The notes beneath the pieces were generated by a model that was not told the DNA's origin, did not search any database, and was given only the letters and a program-made list of their open reading frames with translations. Positions 24,141 to 37,688 of a stretch of DNA of 64,000 nucleotides are shown piece by piece. The translations under genes and the position numbers were made by a program. Position 1 is the first letter of the stretch, and each line of letters starts with the position of its first letter. The DNA comes from Lophium mytilinum. Its lineage: Eukaryota. The DNA lies in NCBI GenBank assembly GCA_010093605.1, contig MU004182.1, positions 507,502-571,501 on the forward strand, in the 5' to 3' direction.

Positions 24141-24292
24141 TCCGGTGTGGTTTAGTTGGTTATAATTCGGTAGGTGGACTTTCCTGCCTCCGCGAGAGTT
24201 TGATGAGTACGAAAAGTGCGAAAAGAAGCTGATGATGTGGGCGGTAGGGTGCCTTCCTGCTCGAGACCCTGGTTCGATCCCAGGCGCCGGAC
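24141..24292 (+). tRNA. tRNA-like gene copy 3 with ~78-nt insert in the anticodon arm
   Basis: The 5' half (24141-24168) and 3' half (24262-24291) are identical to copies 1 and 2. The insert 24170-24247 reads GTAGGT...GCTGAT...TAG. T5 terminator at 24307-24311. Confidence 0.65.
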
Positions 24293-24806
24293 TTTGCGGG
24301 CGATGATTTTTGTGTTTTTGCGAGTCGGGGACAGGTTCGATCGTTTTTGGAAACGGCGATGGTGATGATGATCTTTTGGGCGAGCGGGTGGAATTGAGGT
24401 GGTTGGTTTAGTTGGGCGTGATGGGGTTAATGAGATAAGGAATTTAATCAGAGAATTTGGCGTGAACGCTGATAATGGTGGGAGCCTTTCACTTTCAGAG
24501 ATGGTCTTCGTTTGCTTCTAGCGGCTGGACAATGTCGTATGAGCACGACGTCTGTTTCGTTGTAGGATGGATGGTGAGGCGTGATGGTTGATGAAGCTTG
24601 AGAGCGACTGTCGGGTTCAGATTGATGATATCGAGCGAGTCTACATCATGAAGGATGAAACATCATCTGAGTTAGTGAACAAGATTGAGGAAAGAAGAGT
24701 CGGAACTAGTTGAGTGCAAGAGTTTTACTCAATTGCCATGTGACATAGCCGAAAGGGGCTAGGCATTTTCTATGCTATCGTCCCTCCATCTGTCTCCTTT
24801 CTTCAT

Positions 24807-25729
24807 CTACGACGGAGGCGGCACCCCAATCGTCATCCCACCATCTACCGACAGGATCTGCCCCGTCATCCACTGCGACCCGGGCAAGCACAGAAACACA
24901 GCTGCCTCGGCGATGTCCTCCGCCGTCCCCAATCGTGGCCATGGCGTGGCCTTCTTCATCGTCTCGTGGATCGCGTTATTTTCGAAATTCTGCCTCGCCA
25001 TTCCAGTCGCAACTACACCTGGCGACACGCAATTGACATTAATATAGTCCTTAGCATGATCAAGAGCGCCAGCACGCGTCATGTGATTGATTGACGCTTT
25101 GGTTGCGGAATATGCGACTTCCCCAGGGAATCCAAAGTTCCCAGCACAAGACGAGATGTTCACAATTCGACCTCTGCTACCCCATTTTAGGTCTACGTCT
25201 TGCTTCAGAAACTGCTGAATAGCTTGACGGCACATTCGAGCGGTTCCCAGGGTGTTCACTGCGGTCATTTTAGACCACAGGTCATCGTCTTCTTCAGCGA
25301 AGGTACGGAAGGGCGCCCAGTAGCCGGCGCAGTTGATGACGATGTCGAGTCGTCCGAAGGTCTGAATATCGTGAGTAGTTGCTTTTCGCGAAATGCTAAG
25401 ATTTTCTTACCGAAATCGTCTTCTCAAACCCGTCTTTAACTTGCTCTGCGTTTGAAATGTCTACCTGGCAGAAAATCGCAGCGCCGCCATTTTTCACGAT
25501 GAGATCTGCTGTTGGCACATCTTTGTCTGCCTCGTAACCGTTGGGATTTGCACCTTGCTTCAGGTCACAACAGACAATCTTAGCTCCGTGTTTTGCCAGT
25601 CCAAGGGAAATGGCGCGCCCCATTCCTGCAAATGGGTTAGTATTGCTTTTATTGGCTTGGTGGGGAAGCTGGACCAGATGAGCCCCCCGTCACCAAGGCT
25701 ACCTTATTTTCCAACGCTTTTGGGTCCAT
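24807..25729 (-). CDS. Short-chain dehydrogenase/reductase (FabG/glucose 1-dehydrogenase-like)
   Basis: KVALVTGGSSGMG NAD(P)-binding motif, IVNCAG, RIVNISS, catalytic YSATK, VNCVSPG, WMTGQILSVDGG. Two introns. Confidence 0.92.
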
Positions 25730-26052
25730 GACGAATTGTATGTTCAATATTCGACGAGTAGTGCATTTGGGCTTGATGCGCTTTCATCGCTGTTATGGAA
25801 GATCTAGTTGCAGGCATCTGCATGCTACCCGGTCCCCGCATCTCGGACAAATTTCAATCGGCCAATTTATCTCCCTGAATGCCCCTGGGGTACCATTTGG
25901 ACTTCATTACGCCGCTTGTGATTTCAAATACAATGTGGAGACCCCACAAAATGGACATTTACGCCTTCCTTGTATACCCACGACCTCGAACCGTTCACTC
26001 GGAACCGTTAAGCATTTGATCATCCAAAACTGAGCTTATTCTGTACCGAGCT

Positions 26053-27829
26053 ATGGCGGACCATCAGGCTATACCAGGAGTTTCTCTCACGAGTACCATC
26101 ACTCCACACACAACATATGTCAACATCGTCGTAAGTAGCGGGCTGATTTATATTCACAGGCGCCGCTAATGCATTTAACAAGACCATCCTCGTGGCGGGC
26201 ATGGGCAGCTTTCTGTTCGGGTACGCCAACAACTCTATTGCCGGAACCCTCGCCCAGACGTCATTTATCGAGAAGTTTCTCACGGGGAGCAATGCGACAT
26301 CGATCATTGGGGGAATCCTTGGAGGGTACGTGCTTTATATGCTCATCTATGAGTATTCTTTCAAACCCAAAGGTCTCTAATAGTTGTATAGATTCCAAGG
26401 AGGAGGATTGATCGGCGCTATAATCCAAGCCCCTATCTCACAACGCTTCGGACGGCGTGCTGCAACTGGCACCGCCGCTGCTCTTGTCACCTTCTCGGCA
26501 GCTTTACAAGCGGGAAGCGTCAACATCGCTATGTTTCTGGCTGCCCGTGTCATCTGCGGGATTGGAGCCGGCATCGTCATCACCAACTGCCCGGTTTATA
26601 TGAGCGAGATCGCGCCACCGCACATACGGGGAATGCTTGTTGGCAACCACGCAATCTCGATCGTATACGCCTACATTTTCTCCTCGGTGGTTGCTCTTGG
26701 TTTCTACTATGTGGAAGCACCATATGCATGGCGCTTGCAATACGTCATGCTCGCCTTCTTTGGACTCATGCTGGGCGCCTCCTTGTTCTTCCTACCGGAG
26801 TCACCCAGATGGCTCTGCGAAAAAGAGAGGCATGATGAAGCGTGGATTGTTCTCAGACGTCTTCATCAGTCTAAACAGGACCCGGAGGCACAGCTTGCGA
26901 GGGCCGAGATGGCTCAAATGAAGGCTCAAATTGAATCAGAGAGGTCTTTGCCGACCGGCTACATCCATATCTTCCGCACTCCTCATCTGAGGCACAGAGC
27001 CTTCTGCTGCATTTTGGTGTGGGTTATGGGCCAGTCTACCGGTATTCTAGTCATCGCAAACCTTACTCCGGTTCTGTTTGGCCAGTTGGGATTTGGTACG
27101 GTGTTGCAACTTGGTCTCTCCATCGTATGGACTACGGTCGCGCTGATAGGCTGCTTCATCAATGCTGCGCTCATGGATCGCTTTGGTAGAGTAAAACTAC
27201 TTGGTAAGTCATTCCCAAAGCTGTTAGCAAATTTAGCCACATTGATCTAACGCGACGACAGTGACTGGCGGTTTTCTGTGCAGCTCCACGTTGATAGTCG
27301 AAGCGGTCCTCCAGAAGTATTACCTTGGATCAACAAACAAAACGGGGATCAATGCTGCTGTAGCCATGTACTTCCTGTGGATTCTATTCTACGGCTCAAC
27401 GATCGATTGCGCAGCCTACGTCTACATATCCGAAATCTGGCCAACCCACCTTAGAAGCAGCGGAACCACTATTGGGCTGGTCTCGTTCTTTGCTTGCTCA
27501 ATTGCGTATACCAGTCCGGCTTCCGAAGGTTTTGCGACTATCGGATGGAAATATTACTGGGTGATGATTTGCGTATGCCTCGTCTCCGCTACGGCTATCT
27601 TTTTCGTTCTCCCAGAGGTATGCCACTTGCACTCTCATTACTCTTGCAAAATTACTGACTTTCTATTCGATAGACCGCAAAGCTCACTCTCGAAGAAATC
27701 GGAGAAAGATTCGGCGATACGGTGGTTGTTCACTTTGGCGAGCAATTCGAAACCAAGACCAACGACGAGACCCCAGTGGCAAATGGAACGGAAAAGTCGG
27801 CGCCAGAATTGCAGGAAACGGTTGTGTAA
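26053..27829 (+). CDS. MFS sugar porter family transporter
   Basis: GSFLFGY, RFGRR, ARVICGIG, PVYMSEIAPPHIRG, LPESPRWL, DRFGR, YISEIWPTHLRS and PE-TAKLTLEEI motifs. Four introns. Confidence 0.92.
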
Positions 27830-28190
27830 TTCCACGGTGCGATTTTTACGAGGGTTGTAGTAGAAAGATACACCGGAAGTCTATATCACTCCGCTGCGGG
27901 GATTAGACCGCCTTGGCAGACCGCACCGCAATGATATGCAGCAAGGATCCACTCCTCCCCACGGGGTGGATCCCCCGCTATTTTGATTCAACAGTCCGAC
28001 GCATTTGCATTTACCTAGAGCCCGGTGTGAATTTCTCCAATGTCCCGTTTCTGAGCCGTGCCGTTATCCGGGTGTTCAGTAGCGCTGGATTTAGGGCGAG
28101 AGTAATCTATTACGCCATCGACCTTCAAAGAAAGTTGCTTCAAAACATCTCGAAGCTTGCAATTTGGGCACATAAGATCTTGCAGTAAAG

Positions 28191-29259
28191 ATGTTTGAAG
28201 GGAAATATTATACCGTGACAGGGGCGGCGTCGGTGAGCTTACCTAATATCCAATCAACCAAGACCCCATTAGTTCATTTTCGTCAAACTTACCTGCATAA
28301 CAGGGAATTGGTAAAGCCACAGCCCTTCGTCTAGTTGAGAAGGGTGCCGCTGGTGTAGCCCTCAGCGATGTCAATCTCGCTGGCCTTCAAGAGACAGTGG
28401 AGGAGTGTAAGTGTTCAATGCTCTGTGCTACGTATTAACTCCAACACTGCCATCTAACCCAAATCAGGCAAGAAAGCGGGATCCGCAAACGTGATTGCAA
28501 CCAAAGTCGACGTCCGCGACCCCGAGCAAGTAGGCGCCTGGATCGCCGATGTCTTCGCCCAATTCAAGCAACTCGATGGCGCCGCCAACGTGGCTGGTGT
28601 AGCGGGCGGGACTGGGGATACGATTATCGAAACAATCGCACGTCTAACCCTCCTCACTGCATCCTCCATTCCAAACCTAACAATCTAAAAGGTCCAGAAA
28701 GACTGGGACTTCACCCTCGGCGTGAACCTCAACGGCGTCATGAACTGCATGCGCGCACAGCTCCCCAAGATCAGCCGGCCCGGCGGTGCTGTCGTCAACG
28801 TAGCTAGTACGTCTGGCCGCCGGGGGCTTGCGCATAACGCGGCGTATGCTAGTAGCAAGTTTGCGGTTATTGGGTTGACGGAGAGTGCGGCGGGGGAGTA
28901 TGCGAAGCATGGGGTTAGAATTAATGCGTTGTTGCCGTAAGTTGGGTTGATCCTTCTAGTTTTCTATGCAGAAGAGAAGTAAAGATGCTGACGCAATATA
29001 GAGGTCCAATTGACACCAGGATCTTTCGAGATGGTGAGGCGTTGGGCTTGTTCGATTCGGTGTCGATTTCTGCAGATACCCTGATGGGAAGGATGGGGAG
29101 GGCTGAGGAGGTGGCGAAGGTGCTGTGCTTTTTGCTCAGTGACGATGCGTCGTATGTTACTGGAGGTGAGTGGTTCTCTATTGCATTTGTGGGGGTAGTT
29201 GGCTAATATGAGTGTTTGTAGCGCATTGGAATGTAGATGGTGGCTATCTAGCCTGTTGA
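28191..29259 (+). CDS. Short-chain dehydrogenase/reductase
   Basis: VTGAAS-GIG, LDGAANVAGV, VVNVAS, catalytic YASSK, RINALLP-GPIDT, DASYVTG-AHWNVDGG. Five introns. Confidence 0.9.
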
Positions 29260-29859
29260 AGTCGCAATTGTCATGATGGGTCTTGGCTGTATACACCTAT
29301 ATGAATTAAGAGATTCTTACATGATAGTCATACAAGAATCTCATTCTAGTAGTACGAATTCTGAATGCTGGTGCGCTCAGAGGTCGTTGAGCACATCAAG
29401 CTGGTTCTCTCACACTTTATCCTATGCTGACTGGATCATCGCTCCTTTTCCATGCTCAACGAGAGGCTCTCGGCCAGGCCGCTACTAGTTGCCGTGGCTG
29501 GCTGCATGACTGGATTTTCCCCTGGGCTAGCACTTTAGCGACCCTAATCGAGCAAATTCGATAGCCGATTTGGTGTGGCGGACTCGCGCGATAAAATCAA
29601 CAACACGGCGTTTTTTCATCCATCACGCCCTCCAACACCCTCCCGCGTTCTAGACCAGTTTCGTTGTCTTATTATGTAGTGAGTCAGGGAAAGCCGCGCG
29701 AGAGGCTTTCGAGTATCGCGGGATGGCGGCAACATACATGAGCTTTAATCGCCGCTTCTTCCTAGGAATTCTGCTCACGTCGCGTCTCCCAATTCTTGCA
29801 GATATTTTCTATGCGTCCATTCGTTTCTCCTTGTTCAAAGCGTTGTCATTCATTCCAAT

Positions 29860-31283
29860 ATGTCCGAATCCCCGAGGTGCCCGGTATCCAATGCCGTCGT
29901 CGCTGCTTTGGGCGCGGCTGCCACGCCCTACTGCTCGTCATTCTTGAGCATTTCTACGCAGACGTACACCGATGTCGTGGAGTCGTATTTGTTAGCGCAT
30001 TCAGTCCTCTTATGCACGAATCTTTAAGAGACTAATCAGTTTGCAGCACTGTAAGCTCGACGGAGACGGCATTCGTCGATTCCACCGTGACTGTCACGGC
30101 CGATCCTACGACTGCGACAAGCTTCGAGACGACGACGGCGATGACTTGCACAGCGGCGGCGGTAACTAGCATCGTTCCTCGCGGTGCCCCTGCCCTGAAG
30201 ACTATCATTATCACGGCGACCACGACGATCTGTCCTTGCACCGCCAAGACGTCCTCAGAGGCGCCATGCTCCGAGTCTGCGTATCACGGTCCCTCAGGTT
30301 ATTCTGATTCGATATTCGCTTATACCGCAATTGACACCTCGTCTTCCGAGATGTCTACATCGACACCATGCTCCGACTCTGTGTATCACAGTATTTCCAC
30401 GTCAGCCGCTAGCTACGGCACCTCTGTTCCAAGCTACATGAGTGTTTTGTCCTCATCTACTTACGACTATGCTCACAACAGCTCATCCACTGTCTATGGA
30501 ACGACTGCGTATAGCTCTGGAGTAACTTCGTATACCCCCGAGCCGTCGTCCAGCCCAAGCTCTGAAAGCTCAGTCACTTCTGGATCTTTTTCCTTCAGTC
30601 CCGAGACTTCGACCTCGACTGGGTCCTCAACTTCCAGCTCTGAAAGTCCTATAACATCCGATACCTCCACTACTTTGCCAACACCCACTCCGACTGGGAG
30701 TGAGCTTCTCACTACAATCGGCGATCGCGATTTAACCAGTGCCTGCAACTGCTTACACATAGAAACGCCCGTGTTAACGGTCGAATCCACTACCTATTCA
30801 ACCACTACGATAGACACGACGGAATGGGTGAGCATGTTCAATGCGTTGGAGACGATTCGACGTTCTAATCAAGCTCCAGATCACTCCCACTATCACGGAG
30901 ACGCCTACTATTACCGCAACTTCCACTATTACATCGACGAGTACCATCGAATGCTCTCCGTCATCAACACCTGAACCATCCGTCGTAACCGTGACCCTAC
31001 CGTCGCCTATCCAAGGTGACTTCGCCACGAATTGCGACAGCTTCGCGACGCCTGACTCGGGAGCTTACTGCTCGGTAAGCCTATTTCGCTATTATAGACG
31101 TGCTGAATATTATACTGACTAGATGCGTAGCTGTTTGCGACAGAACAAGGTATTACTCTCGCTGAGCTTGAAACCTGGAATTTAGTGCTTCAAGGTGATG
31201 GCTGCGCCACGTCGTTCTGGTATGGATATTATTATTGTGTTGGGGTATCATCGACGCCGGTTACCTATATTTCCGATAATTGA
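29860..31283 (+). CDS. Ser/Thr-rich cell-surface/secreted protein with C-terminal fungal LysM domain
   Basis: ATPYCSSFL and LTSACNCL Cys motifs, a long S/T-rich exon (30087-~30826), and a C-terminal PSPIQ...NCDSF...YCS | LFATEQGITLAELETWNLVLQGDGC...FWYGYYYCVGV, typical of fungal LysM domains. The start codon is uncertain. Confidence 0.75.
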
Positions 31284-31920
31284 GCTCGTACTGGATTGGG
31301 GCAATTGGTTTGTGGGCCGATTGGGGAGATGAGGGAAGGTCAGTGGAATCTATCTGGACTTCAATTACACACGGTCTTTCGTGATGTGAATGTGCATACT
31401 CTCGATTGGCTCTGCGGGTCTGAGATTTTACGCCCCCACGCCGCGTGGGGACCGGCCGGTTTTCTGTCCCAGCAGCCTTCAAATAATCACTCGACCCGTT
31501 TTCTCCTACATTTCCGCTTCGTACTCTTTCTCTTCCTCGGCACGATAGACTGAACTGCGAGTTTGTAAGGTTTTTGAGCTCGGCATCCTTGATCGACATT
31601 CGTTGAGGATATGAGCCATTGACCATCAGAGAATAAAGTACAGTATCGGCAACGGTTCATCATCATGAAGTTCGTTGATATCTAGGGGAAGGTATGCTGT
31701 CCTCCGAAGACGGAAAGAAGTACGCCTGTTACCTGATTATCCGCTGTATAAAAGAGTGAGATCAAATCAACGGGGGTATTAAGTTCGCTCCGATGGTAGA
31801 TTTTCCTCCATAGACAGAAAAGGGCGACCCTCAAAGAAACAAAACAAAATCTAAGCTTGATTATTGTCTAGTCAATCCTACCAATCTCTTTAGTTTCGAC
31901 TTCTACGTCTCCTCAGCAAC

Positions 31921-32871
31921 TCAACCCCTCACCCTCCCAAAATTGATCTCATGCGACCCAACCTGCTTCACCGCAGGCGTCTTATCAATATGCCCAATAA
32001 AGTTCTGCGAAGTATGCAACTCCACCTTCCCAACCACACTCCCACCCTCCTTCAACTCGCCCCCAATAATCTCCTTATAAACCTCCGACGCTTGATACTT
32101 CTCAAACTCCGCCTTACTCCGCGTCCTAGAACCGTCAGCACATCCATCACCTCTCCACCCCCTCCCCAAGACATTAGAAAATAACCAAATCCCACTCACC
32201 TGACCCACAACGTCGCCAACCTCAAATCATTACACTCCCTCAACACCGCCGCACTCTGCACCCCCCCTGCTACTTCCTCCCTCGCCTTCCCCGCCAGCGC
32301 CAACAACCACCCAATCAGCGCCTCCCTCCTCCCCCTCTCCTTCGCCCAGAAATGGTGCACCGCGACATAGCTATCCTGCGCGTCCTTCTCCGCATCATCC
32401 TCCCTCGTCAGCCACCCGCCCGCGAAGTCATAGTGCTTCAAATCGTAGTCCTCGCCTAACAACCCCTCGCGCTCCACAATCCCCATCTCGCGCTTAAAGA
32501 CATCGGAGGAGGGGTGCCCCGTGAAGAAGCCGATGGCGTGGGTGTAGCCTTCGAGCCCCCACAGCGTGTCGGGGGCAGCGCCGGAGTCGTCGCGGCCCCA
32601 GTAGTACGAGTTGCCTTGGGGCTCGGTGGCGGAGACGGCGCAGAGGGGGGTGAGGACGTCGGTCCACTGCGGGTGGGGGTTAATGTGGACTTTATTTTCC
32701 GGATGGGGGGGAAGGGGAGGGGCGCGTTGAAGGGGGGTGTTGAGGTGAATCACGTGATGTATTATTGGGGTTTGAGGTGGGTGAGGGCTGGGGGAGACGT
32801 ACGCGTTTGAAAGAGTTTGGAGAGCCGATCACGCGCGCGACGACGTAGAAGGGGGGGCAGGTGGTGTCCAT
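31921..32871 (-). CDS. Dimeric alpha-beta barrel (ABM/antibiotic biosynthesis monooxygenase-like) protein, two domains
   Basis: MDTTCPPFYVVARV | ...ATEPQGNSYYWGRD...LWGLEGY...HPSSDVFK matches the ABM-like EPG..Y..E.Y..H..S pattern. A second similar domain follows. Two introns. Confidence 0.65.
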
Positions 32872-33201
32872 TGTGGTGTGTGGGGATTAATTTGAAGTTG
32901 GAGGATTAAGTGGTGAGTATAGTATCTGCAGAATGCGATATGCGATATGCAGGAAATAAGTCTTATACTCCCCTTGTAGAAGATAATACACACGATATGC
33001 AGGGACTCACGGCACCAGCCGTGAAATACAACTATAAATGCGAGTATTGCAGCTTAGGAAGAAATTCGGGGTAATTCGGCCACCCGGGTTGATTACGGGG
33101 TATTTTGGCACGTTTCGTTTAGTCTCAGGTCTAATAGCGGGCCGTTACTTCCAAACGACTCTAACATTCTAGCTTCGTAGGGCTGATATCGAGCTATCCA
33201 A

Positions 33202-33890
33202 CTACGTCAACTTCGTCGCCTTCAACGGGTCCAAGCTCGCAGTAAAATCCGCCTGCTTCGTCTTCATATCCGTGGGGAAGCTCAAATGCTCATGCACCCA
33301 CTTCCACTCGCCCTTCTCGTTCTTGTGAGCAATGCCCGTCCGCCGGAATGCCGTATCAAACGGCACCCCGCCTGCGCTGCCCCATGTGTGCTGGATCATG
33401 GAGCTGTACGCCCAATCAGGCGCCACGGCGGTGATCTCGATGTCCTTGAACTCCATCTCGCCGTCGTTCCAGTACGGGAAGATGGAGTTGAAGTGCTCCT
33501 CGAAGCTGCCGCGGACTGTGTTGCCAAACATGTCGTAGCTGAGCATGTCGTCGAAGTCGTAGAACCGGCGCGCGCCTACCATGCCGTTGTGGTAATCGGC
33601 GCGGGATTCGAGGTTCCAGTAGTGCAGCCAGCCGCGGTAGAGCTGGTCGAGGACTTCTTGCTCTGCTTCTACGAGGGCGGGGTTGTGGTACTAAGTTGGA
33701 GTTGTTAGATTTGAAAAAGGAAGAGGTCATGGACGTAGTTTGGGATACTCACTTTGCTTGGCTTCATGTGAAGGAACTCATACTGCTTGGCGACAGCGCT
33801 GTACTCGGCCTACTACTGAATTAGTCGCTAGACAGCTTCCGCTTCTTAAGAGAGCCTTACATCATTCTTGACAAACCCGTTCTTGTCCAT
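33202..33890 (-). CDS. SnoaL/NTF2-like fold protein (ketosteroid-isomerase-like)
   Basis: Three exons. The C-terminal DWAYSSMIQH...FRRTGIAHK...GEWKWVHEHLSFP is typical of SnoaL-like/DUF4440 proteins. Confidence 0.8.
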
Positions 33891-34545
33891 GGTGGTTGAT
33901 AAATGTTGACTTTTCGTTGGTATTTCGAAGAATTATCACAAGTCCCGAGGCCGAAAGTTGCCGCTTCAAGTGAGTCAACTTTTCCTTTGCCTATAAATAC
34001 GTCCCTGGACCCCAGTCTACCCCGCGCCCCTCAATCAAAACCTCAAAGCTCTGAGAGCTAACTTGTGGGGTAGTCAATGCCACATCCGGGGTATCGGGGA
34101 GTTTTGTGGTGCCCAATTACATCGCGATATCGAAGAGGCGGACTAATTCCTAGTGTCCGATGCAAAGAGAATTCAACCGCTTGATGGTGAAGGTTGCTCG
34201 ACGGCGTGTTAGGTAGATCCGGGGAATCCCAGCTTCGTCCAAGCCACTTGATCGGGTTTCCAAAGTCGAACATGATGATGTATACGGGTCATGGGCATGT
34301 TGATAGGTGGTGTATTTCTCAACATTATTTACCCCGTTAAGAAGAAACTCCTGAGTTCTCGTGACTTTGGTGGATTTCTGCTGGACTGTCAGGCAGGTAT
34401 ATTAAGGGATGATATGCTGTGAAACAATGCCACGTAGACTACCTTTCGAATTTCCTGATATTGTAAGTTCCAGCCCCAACAATGTGCCTGATGTTGATTG
34501 TTTCCATTCATCCTTCTCCATACCTGTCGATACAGATTCCTCTAG

Positions 34546-36277
<1,732 letters not shown>

Positions 36278-37688
36278 TTTGTTGAGTGTGTAAGGCTGTT
36301 ATTGGGGCCAACATTGCTGTCTAGTCAGTCATCTAGCAAGTACGAGAAAGTTCAATGCAGAAATCATTCGATTGATCGAACAACGCGGCCAAGGATGAGA
36401 GATGAAAGTGAGGATGCGAGGAAGGGCAAGGTGGAGGTCTTCGTCGCCCTTGCGCTAAGATTGAGTCGTCTAACCTAGAGGGATCTAGCGTGAGCTTGAG
36501 TACTCAAGCCGACGTTGCCTCCTTCTCATCCATCAGCTTTCATCTCCTTGACTTCATATTAGCATCCCTAACATCAGTCTATACTTTGGTTGGGTTTACG
36601 AAACACACCTCGACGTCTTCTGAGCTTCCCAGAAGCGATCGCTGTGAAGGACCGGCCCAACAGCCTGCTGAACTTTAACATGCCCTCACCAGGATCCAAT
36701 TAACGAAGCAAGACCACGAGCCTCGAGTAACATTCCCTGATCTAGGGGAACCCGCATATTCGAAGCTACAGTAAGGTGCCGGGTACATTCAGACATAGGG
36801 AAACCGCATGATCATGATTCAGCAAACGAGCGTCGTGAGCACTCGAGCCATTCACCCCCATTCACATCGTATGATGCACCGATCTTGGTGCAACATAACA
36901 CATCAGATAGTCTGGCGGGGTGGCATATGATCCTCGGACGCCTGCTCGTCATTTGTGGAGATTCTGCACCCCTCCGCCCGCATGGCCAGTCAACAAACAC
37001 GAGTGCATGGCTGGTAACCCCTTCAATAGAACTCGACGCGGCTACCCATGCGCACTTGTGGGATTTGACATACGATGTAACCAGTATGGACCTGTTTCTT
37101 CGGACCTAATGCAACCAGTCTGGGGATCAGAAGGCACATGCTCCATCTTCTAGATATTCCCCGTGACATCGATAGTTGGCTGCGTTACCTTCGCTCCCAA
37201 TATGTTCCTCTCTCCGGAACCTTTCAATCAGTTGAATACAGCCGCAACGCGTAGAGTGTATACCACCTCCGCACGTAGGACAGGCATTGCCAGCCAACGG
37301 ATACGGTTCACCACCGCCTCCACTCTTCGCGTCCCCCGCCTTGCTGCCTTCAGGTCAAGACATGCTGCAGAGCTTCACCCGAAAGAACATTGTTGGATAA
37401 TTACTCGCGGATCGCGGCACACAGCCGTCTCTCAACCGCTTTCTGTAGCACGGTGACCCAGCCTAGCCACTGCCGCCCTCGCATCGCCTCTGAGCGGGTC
37501 GTCATATCGATATTAGACAGATCGCGACGAGTTGCTCTTTCTCCAAGTATGCTAAGATATAAATACTTTGGCGCGTGGCCGTGAGAATTGCTCTACCATC
37601 TTCAGTGCTCAATCAGGATTTCCTGTCCAAGTAGCAAGACCTTTCCAAAGACCAAACCTCCTTGTATCTTCTTACTCGAACTCCGAAG

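Noticed and set aside
24168..24263. Copy 3 as tRNA-Pro(TGG) with a canonical 37/38 intron
   Set aside because: It would need G32/G33 and leaves two mismatches in the anticodon stem; the body is not Pro-like.
24330..24430. Extra B-box-like (GGTTCGATC) and A-box-like (TGGTTTAGTTGG) words after copy 3
   Set aside because: They are in the wrong order and form no cloverleaf; at most remnants, not a fourth gene.
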